Assembly: GCA_963816355.1 (NCBI GenBank)
Contig: CAWFKH010000003.1
Coordinates: 1,248,001 to 1,312,000 of the forward strand
Direction: 5' to 3'
DNA length: 64,000 nucleotides
Source of the DNA: an uncultured Gemmatimonadales bacterium
Lineage (GTDB): Bacteria; Gemmatimonadota; Gemmatimonadetes; Longimicrobiales; RSA9
In this document: one piece after another, positions 59,257 to 64,000 of the stretch
How the letters are laid out: every line of letters begins with the position of its first letter
How positions within the stretch are numbered: position 1 is the first letter of the stretch
Position numbers and translations under genes: made by a program
Notes under the pieces: generated by a model
Told to the model about the DNA's origin: nothing
What the model saw: only the letters and a program-made list of their open reading frames with translations
Database searches by the model: none

Positions 59257-60255
59257 GTGCAGCGCAGCGATGATTCGCCGGGGCTGGTCGAATCGCTCCG
59301 CGAGGGCATCGCGCGCGCGCTCCAGAAGGTGCTGCCTCCGGGAGAGCCGTACGCCCTCCTGGACTTCCCGGACCACGGCAACGTGGGGGACAGCGCGATA
59401 TGGGTGGGAGCCCGGAACCTGCTCGCCGACATGGGCGTGCCCGCTCCGGCGTATCGCTGCTCGCTCGACACCTACGACCGCGACCGTCTCGCCCGGCGCC
59501 TGCCCCAGGGCACGATCCTCATTCACGGCGGCGGCAATTTCGGCGACGTGTGGCCGCGACACCAGCGCTTCCGCGAGACGGTCATCGCGGATTTCCCCGG
59601 ACATCGCATCGTCCAGCTTCCGCAGACCGTTCACTTCGCGGATCCCAATGCGCTGCGCCGATCGGCTCGCGTGGTCCAGGCGCATGACGCGTTCGTGCTC
59701 ATGGTACGGGACGAGCGAAGCCGCGAAGTGGCCGAGCGCGGACTCGGCGTGGAAGCCCTGCTCGTCCCTGACACCGCGTTCGGCCTGCGCCCGCTCGGGC
59801 GAACGCGCTCCGAGGTGCCGATCGTCGTCCTCGCGCGGGGCGACAGGGAGGCTCGGCGGACGTCGACTTCCTGGCCCGCCGACGTACACCGGATCGACTG
59901 GGTCGAGGACGATCCGGCGCCCCTGCTCCGCGTCCAGCGCGCCCTCTCGCGGCTCGCGAGCGACCATCCGCGACGCCTCGGGTGGCTGCCGCTGCCGCTG
60001 GACGCGGTGGCGGCGCAGCGACTCGATCGGGGCAGGCGCGCGCTGGGGCGAGGCCGCGTCGTCGTGACGGATCGTCTTCACGGGCACATTCTCTGCCTTC
60101 TGATCGGCATACCGCACGTCCTGCTGGACAACAGCTACGGCAAGAACCGCGGCTTCTACGAGGCGTGGACCCGCGACAGTCCGCTGGTCCGCTGGTCCGA
60201 TTCCATGGAGGCCGCCGTGGCCGAAGCCAGAGAGATGGCCAGGGACCGAGACTGA
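59257..60255 (+). CDS. Polysaccharide pyruvyl transferase family protein (start 59203 or 59257)
   Basis: NVGDSAIW, HGGGNFGD, QLPQT, VRD, PD.AF, TDRLHG, DNSYGK. Confidence 0.9.
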   Translation: MQRSDDSPGLVESLREGIARALQKVLPPGEPYALLDFPDHGNVGDSAIWVGARNLLADMGVPAPAYRCSLDTYDRDRLARRLPQGTILIHGGGNFGDVWPRHQRFRETVIADFPGHRIVQLPQTVHFADPNALRRSARVVQAHDAFVLMVRDERSREVAERGLGVEALLVPDTAFGLRPLGRTRSEVPIVVLARGDREARRTSTSWPADVHRIDWVEDDPAPLLRVQRALSRLASDHPRRLGWLPLPLDAVAAQRLDRGRRALGRGRVVVTDRLHGHILCLLIGIPHVLLDNSYGKNRGFYEAWTRDSPLVRWSDSMEAAVAEAREMARDRD

Positions 60256-60283
60256 CACCGACCCGATCCTCCGGTATCCGACG

Positions 60284-61507
60284 ATGGAGATCCTGGGCAC
60301 AGGCATCGAGAGGCCCGCGGCGGGCCGCGTCCGACTGGTGGCGGACGTGCGCTACGACGCCGCCGGCATGGCGGACGAGCGCTACTGGATCGAGGTCCCC
60401 GAGGCGGCGGCGGCGGACGGTCTCTCCGCGGCCTGCCGCGATCCGTGGCTGGCCGCGCTGGCGCCGCTGGCGGTCGAGCTCGGCGAGCCGCTGCGGATGG
60501 GGCCGGTGGACGCGCGGCTGCTGGAAGGCGTGCGCGCCCTCATGCTCGTGTGGTCCGGCTGGTACCCGGGAAAGGCCGCCGTCGAGATCCAGGCCGAGGC
60601 CTCCCCGGCGCCGCCGGGCGCGCAGAGCGGCGAGTCTCGATTGTCCGCGAGCTTCTTCTCCGGCGGCGTCGACTCGTTCTTCACCGTGCTCTCGCGGACG
60701 CGGGGCGATCGTCGCGCGCTCGGCCCGGTCGACGAGTTGATCCTCCTCCACGGCTTCGACATTCCGCTCGCCCGGCCCGCGGAATTCGCGCGCCTGCGCG
60801 CGCGGCTCGAGAACGCGGCGGCGGAGCTCGGGCTGCCGCTTCAGGCGCTCGCGACGAATCTGCGCCAGACGGCGTGGGCGCGCGCGAACTGGGCGGCCAT
60901 GGCCCACGGCCCGGCGCTCGCCGCTATGGCGCACGCCCTGGGTCACCGCTATCGCGAGGTCCTGATCCCGTCGAGCGTGCCCTACCACCGCCCCCACCGC
61001 GCGTGGGGCTCACACCCGCTGACGGACTCCCTCCTCTCCAGCTCCGGTACGCGCATGCTCTCCGATGGAGGGCGTTTCCGCAGAATCGAGAAGACCGCCG
61101 TCGTGGCGCGCTCGGAGATCGCCGCTCGCTCCCTGCACGTGTGCTGGCGAGAGCGCTCGGCGGAAAACTGCGGCCGCTGCCTCAAATGTCTGCGTACGCT
61201 GACGATCCTGGAACTGCTGGGTCTGCGCGATCGAGTCACCGCGTTCCCGCCCGACGCCTTCTCGGCGCACATTCTCGGGCGCATCCACGTGGAAGCCGCG
61301 TCCGAGCGGCGCCAGCTCACGCGCCTCGTCGCGGACGCCGAGCGCGCCGGTCGCCGCGACCTCGCCGGGGCGATGCGACGGAGCCTGCGCCGCTCCAGGT
61401 GGGCCGTCCCGCTCGCCGCCGCGTGCCGGCGTGCGATCCCCGTCCCGGTCCTCGGCGGCGCGGCGTGGAGGATCGAGCGCGCGCTCCTGCAGGACCGCCC
61501 ACGCTAG
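60284..61507 (+). CDS. PP-loop (QueC-like) adenine nucleotide alpha hydrolase family protein
   Basis: FFSGGVDS, WGSHP..D, R.EK, LHVC, NCGRCLKCLRT. Confidence 0.72.
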   Translation: MEILGTGIERPAAGRVRLVADVRYDAAGMADERYWIEVPEAAAADGLSAACRDPWLAALAPLAVELGEPLRMGPVDARLLEGVRALMLVWSGWYPGKAAVEIQAEASPAPPGAQSGESRLSASFFSGGVDSFFTVLSRTRGDRRALGPVDELILLHGFDIPLARPAEFARLRARLENAAAELGLPLQALATNLRQTAWARANWAAMAHGPALAAMAHALGHRYREVLIPSSVPYHRPHRAWGSHPLTDSLLSSSGTRMLSDGGRFRRIEKTAVVARSEIAARSLHVCWRERSAENCGRCLKCLRTLTILELLGLRDRVTAFPPDAFSAHILGRIHVEAASERRQLTRLVADAERAGRRDLAGAMRRSLRRSRWAVPLAAACRRAIPVPVLGGAAWRIERALLQDRPR

Positions 61508-61597
61508 CCGACTCCCGGCCAGACCGTAGCGGGGTCGCAACGATATCGTCGAGCCGCGTCGACAACTCCTCCGCACCGCGGCCGGCCGCGGCCACCC

Positions 61598-62908
61598 TCA
61601 GGAGAGCGCGGCCGACCGTCCCGTGCGGACCCGCTCCGCGCCGACGGCTCCCGCAGCGCCGTCGGCGTAGCGCACACCGGCCCGGGCGGCCGCGATCACC
61701 GCGACCGTCATGTCGGCGGTGACGTTCGCGACGGTCTTGAAGATGTCCGGGATCGCGTCGGCGGCCTTGATGAGGACGACGCCTTCGAGGGGGATTCCCG
61801 CGGCGAGGTAGAACGGCAGCATGAGGAACTGACCACCGCTCGGGATGCCGGGGCTGGCGAAGCTGAGGAGCAGGGTGGTGCCGGCGAAGAGCGCGATCGT
61901 GGCGGCGGACAGGGGAACGCCGTAGATGTGTGCGAGGATGAAGAGGTTGAGCGGGCTGGTGACGGTGCGGTTCGCCTTGAAGACGGCGACGGAGAGGGGC
62001 AGCACGAGGCCGGAGATCGATTCGGGAAGGCCGAGCCTCGTCTCGGCTCCCTCCACGAGAGCGGGCAGACTCGCGAGCGACGAGCGAGTGCCGACGGCGA
62101 CGATCTGGGCCGGTACGACGGCCGCGGCGAAACGCCGGATGGAGACGCGGCCGAGCGTCGTCGCGATGACGTACAGGAAGAGCGTGAACACGACGAGCAT
62201 CGCGGACGTGACGAGGATGTAGCCCACGACGATGCGGACCGTGGCCACGCCACCCAGCGACGCGAGATTGAAGGAGATGCCGAACACGGCGATCGGCATC
62301 AGCGTGAGCACCCAGCCGGCCAGCACGAGCGTCGCATCGCGCGCCGCACGGGCGAGGCGCACGATCAGCGTGCGGTGCGCAGGCGCGATGCGCGCGACGG
62401 CCAGGCCGAAGAGCAAGGTGACGACGACGACGCCGAGGATGTTGTCGTCGGCCGCGGCGGCGACCGGATTGGGGGGGATCAGACGTGTGGTCCAGTCGCC
62501 CACGCTTCCGCCTCCGGCGGCGGCGGCCGACGCCGCGGCGCCCGCCGCCCCGGCGACGCCGTCCGGCGCCGTCGGCACGAAGCGCACGAGGGACGGCGCG
62601 ACGATCAGGGAGAAGGCGAGGCCCAGGCAGAGAATCGCGACGAAGCAGACCAGGGAGAGGCCGCCGGCGCGCATCGACCGCGCGCCGTCGGGAGCATCCG
62701 CCAGCGCCAGCAGGAGGAACGAGACGATGAACGGCAGGATCAGCATGCGCAGCGCATGGATCCACAGCTCGCCCAGCGGGACGAGCAGCTGGCCCACCGC
62801 GCCGAGGGCGCCGAAGCCGTGAACGCCGGAGAGCGCGCCGAGGGCGAAGCCGCCCCCCAGAGCGAGCAGCGAACCGATCGTGAGCGTTTTCGCCTTCACG
62901 CGCAGCAT
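61598..62908 (-). CDS. Dicarboxylate/amino acid:cation symporter (DAACS)
   Basis: LRMLILP, IPPNP, TRSSLASLP, VLPL, GIPSG, D.FKTVANVTAD. Start approximate. Confidence 0.88.
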   Translation of the reverse strand: MLRVKAKTLTIGSLLALGGGFALGALSGVHGFGALGAVGQLLVPLGELWIHALRMLILPFIVSFLLLALADAPDGARSMRAGGLSLVCFVAILCLGLAFSLIVAPSLVRFVPTAPDGVAGAAGAAASAAAAGGGSVGDWTTRLIPPNPVAAAADDNILGVVVVTLLFGLAVARIAPAHRTLIVRLARAARDATLVLAGWVLTLMPIAVFGISFNLASLGGVATVRIVVGYILVTSAMLVVFTLFLYVIATTLGRVSIRRFAAAVVPAQIVAVGTRSSLASLPALVEGAETRLGLPESISGLVLPLSVAVFKANRTVTSPLNLFILAHIYGVPLSAATIALFAGTTLLLSFASPGIPSGGQFLMLPFYLAAGIPLEGVVLIKAADAIPDIFKTVANVTADMTVAVIAAARAGVRYADGAAGAVGAERVRTGRSAALS

Positions 62909-62999
62909 CGCGGGACCCGTCCGAACGCGAAGAGAGGCACTCCCCCGGTGAGCGAGAGTGAGGAAGCGGCCGATGGTCGGGCAAGTTCCGTGCTGAACC

Positions 63000-63821
63000 A
63001 TGCGTGAGGCCGCTGCACCCGGCGAGTTGCGCGCGATGCGCCTCACGCTGCGCTACGACGGCACGGACTTTCACGGCTGGCAGGTCCAGCCCGAGACGCG
63101 CACGGTGCAGGCGGAGCTGGAGCGCGTCCTCTCCCGGATTTGCGACCGACCCACGCGAGCGACGGCGGCGGGTCGCACCGACGCCGGCGTGCACGCGAGC
63201 GGGCAGATCGTCTCGACGCACGTACCGGCGCGCTGGGAGGTGGCCGAGCTGCGAAAATCGCTCAACGCGCTGCTCCCGGAAGCGATCCGGGTGGCCGACG
63301 TCCGGGACGCCGCGCCGGATTTCCACGCGCGCTTCAGTGCCGTGGCGCGCGGCTACGTCTACCGGGTGGGGCTCGCCGAGCGCGCCTCCTCGCCGTTCGA
63401 GCGCCGCTACTGCTGGCCGCTCGCAGCGGAGAACCGTCCCGTCCCGCTGCGGCGCGAGGCGCTCGACGACGCCGCGAAGCTCCTCCTCGGCGCCCGCTCC
63501 TTCGCGGCGTTCGCCAAGGCGGGGCAGGAGGAGCGGGGCGACCGCTGCACAGTGCAGCGCTCCGCATGGTCCGAGTGGCGCTCGGGGCTGCAGTACGTCG
63601 TCGTCGCCGACCGCTTCCTCCACCACATGGTGCGCTACCTCGTCGGCACGATGGTGGAGGTGGCGCGGGCGCGGCGCCCGGTGGCGGACATCGCGCGTCT
63701 GCTGGCCGGCGAAGGGGCCGTGACGACGTCGCCGCCGGCGCCCGCGCGCGGCCTCTTCCTCGCGCGCGTCTACTACGAGGCTCCGCTCGAGGACGACCCC
63801 ATCGACGAGGCGCTGCCCTGA
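63000..63821 (+). CDS. truA: tRNA pseudouridine(38-40) synthase
   Basis: YDGTDFHGWQ, AGRTDAGVHA, FHARFSA, FLHHMVR, APARGL. Confidence 0.95.
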   Translation: MREAAAPGELRAMRLTLRYDGTDFHGWQVQPETRTVQAELERVLSRICDRPTRATAAGRTDAGVHASGQIVSTHVPARWEVAELRKSLNALLPEAIRVADVRDAAPDFHARFSAVARGYVYRVGLAERASSPFERRYCWPLAAENRPVPLRREALDDAAKLLLGARSFAAFAKAGQEERGDRCTVQRSAWSEWRSGLQYVVVADRFLHHMVRYLVGTMVEVARARRPVADIARLLAGEGAVTTSPPAPARGLFLARVYYEAPLEDDPIDEALP

Positions 63822-63833
63822 GCGCGCCCTTCC

Positions 63834-63861
63834 TTGACACCGGTGGACCCCGCCGTAGTTT
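63834..63861 (+). promoter_or_regulatory. sigma70-type promoter
   Basis: TTGACA-N16-TAGTTT. Confidence 0.6.
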
Positions 63862-63984
63862 CGCCGCGTGCGGCGGCGGGACCGCCCCGCTCGCGCGTGT
63901 GTATCTCATGTGGGCGGCCGTGTGGGCGCTGACAGGCGACGAATCGAGCGGCGCGGAAAACGCCGCGACGACCGGGGGAACGCG

Positions 63985-64000
63985 ATGAAGATCTTTCTCG
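63985..64000 (+). CDS. Start of the next gene, possibly transaldolase/fructose-6-phosphate aldolase family
   Basis: GGGGGA RBS followed by MKIFL. Only five codons are visible. Confidence 0.3.

Noticed and set aside
60284..61507. QueC-like gene as part of a defence system (QatC or CBASS type IV) or of queuosine synthesis
   Set aside because: No qat, CD-NTase, TGT or que genes are nearby; its neighbours are glycan-modifying genes.

Overview
High-GC bacterial chromosome segment; gene content suggests Gemmatimonadota, which is inference only. The left ~12 kb holds a rearranged tryptophan cluster on the minus strand: acyl-CoA ligase-trpD, then trpCF-trpB-HEAT protein-HD-GYP-trpA, with lexA on the plus strand between trpD and trpC. 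About 12-61.5 kb is an exopolysaccharide/PEP-CTERM-exosortase locus: Wza/Wzc-like export, a sigma54 activator with a soluble kinase, priming transferase, exosortase/EpsI, two PEP-CTERM proteins, Wzm/Wtz-type ABC export, many glycosyltransferases, three AsnB-like amidotransferases, a deacetylase, a heparinase-like protein and a TonB-dependent receptor. A symporter and truA follow. Roughly 27.6-42.9 kb carries many frameshifts that are probably sequencing or assembly errors. The main finding is a candidate 3',3'-cGAMP signalling circuit. It consists of a GEMM-I riboswitch with A at the position equivalent to Vc2 G20 (43573-43710, minus; ON-switch terminator) upstream of a large Ig-repeat lipoprotein, an HD-GYP with the RxxQ signature, and a degenerate REC-GGDEF protein that keeps its RxxD I-site. 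Other findings are a repeated enhancer/IHF-like/sigma54 promoter architecture, a candidate sigma54-driven ~65-nt sRNA and a candidate TTCGG-N6-TTCGG LexA operator. All calls were made by eye; no searches were run.
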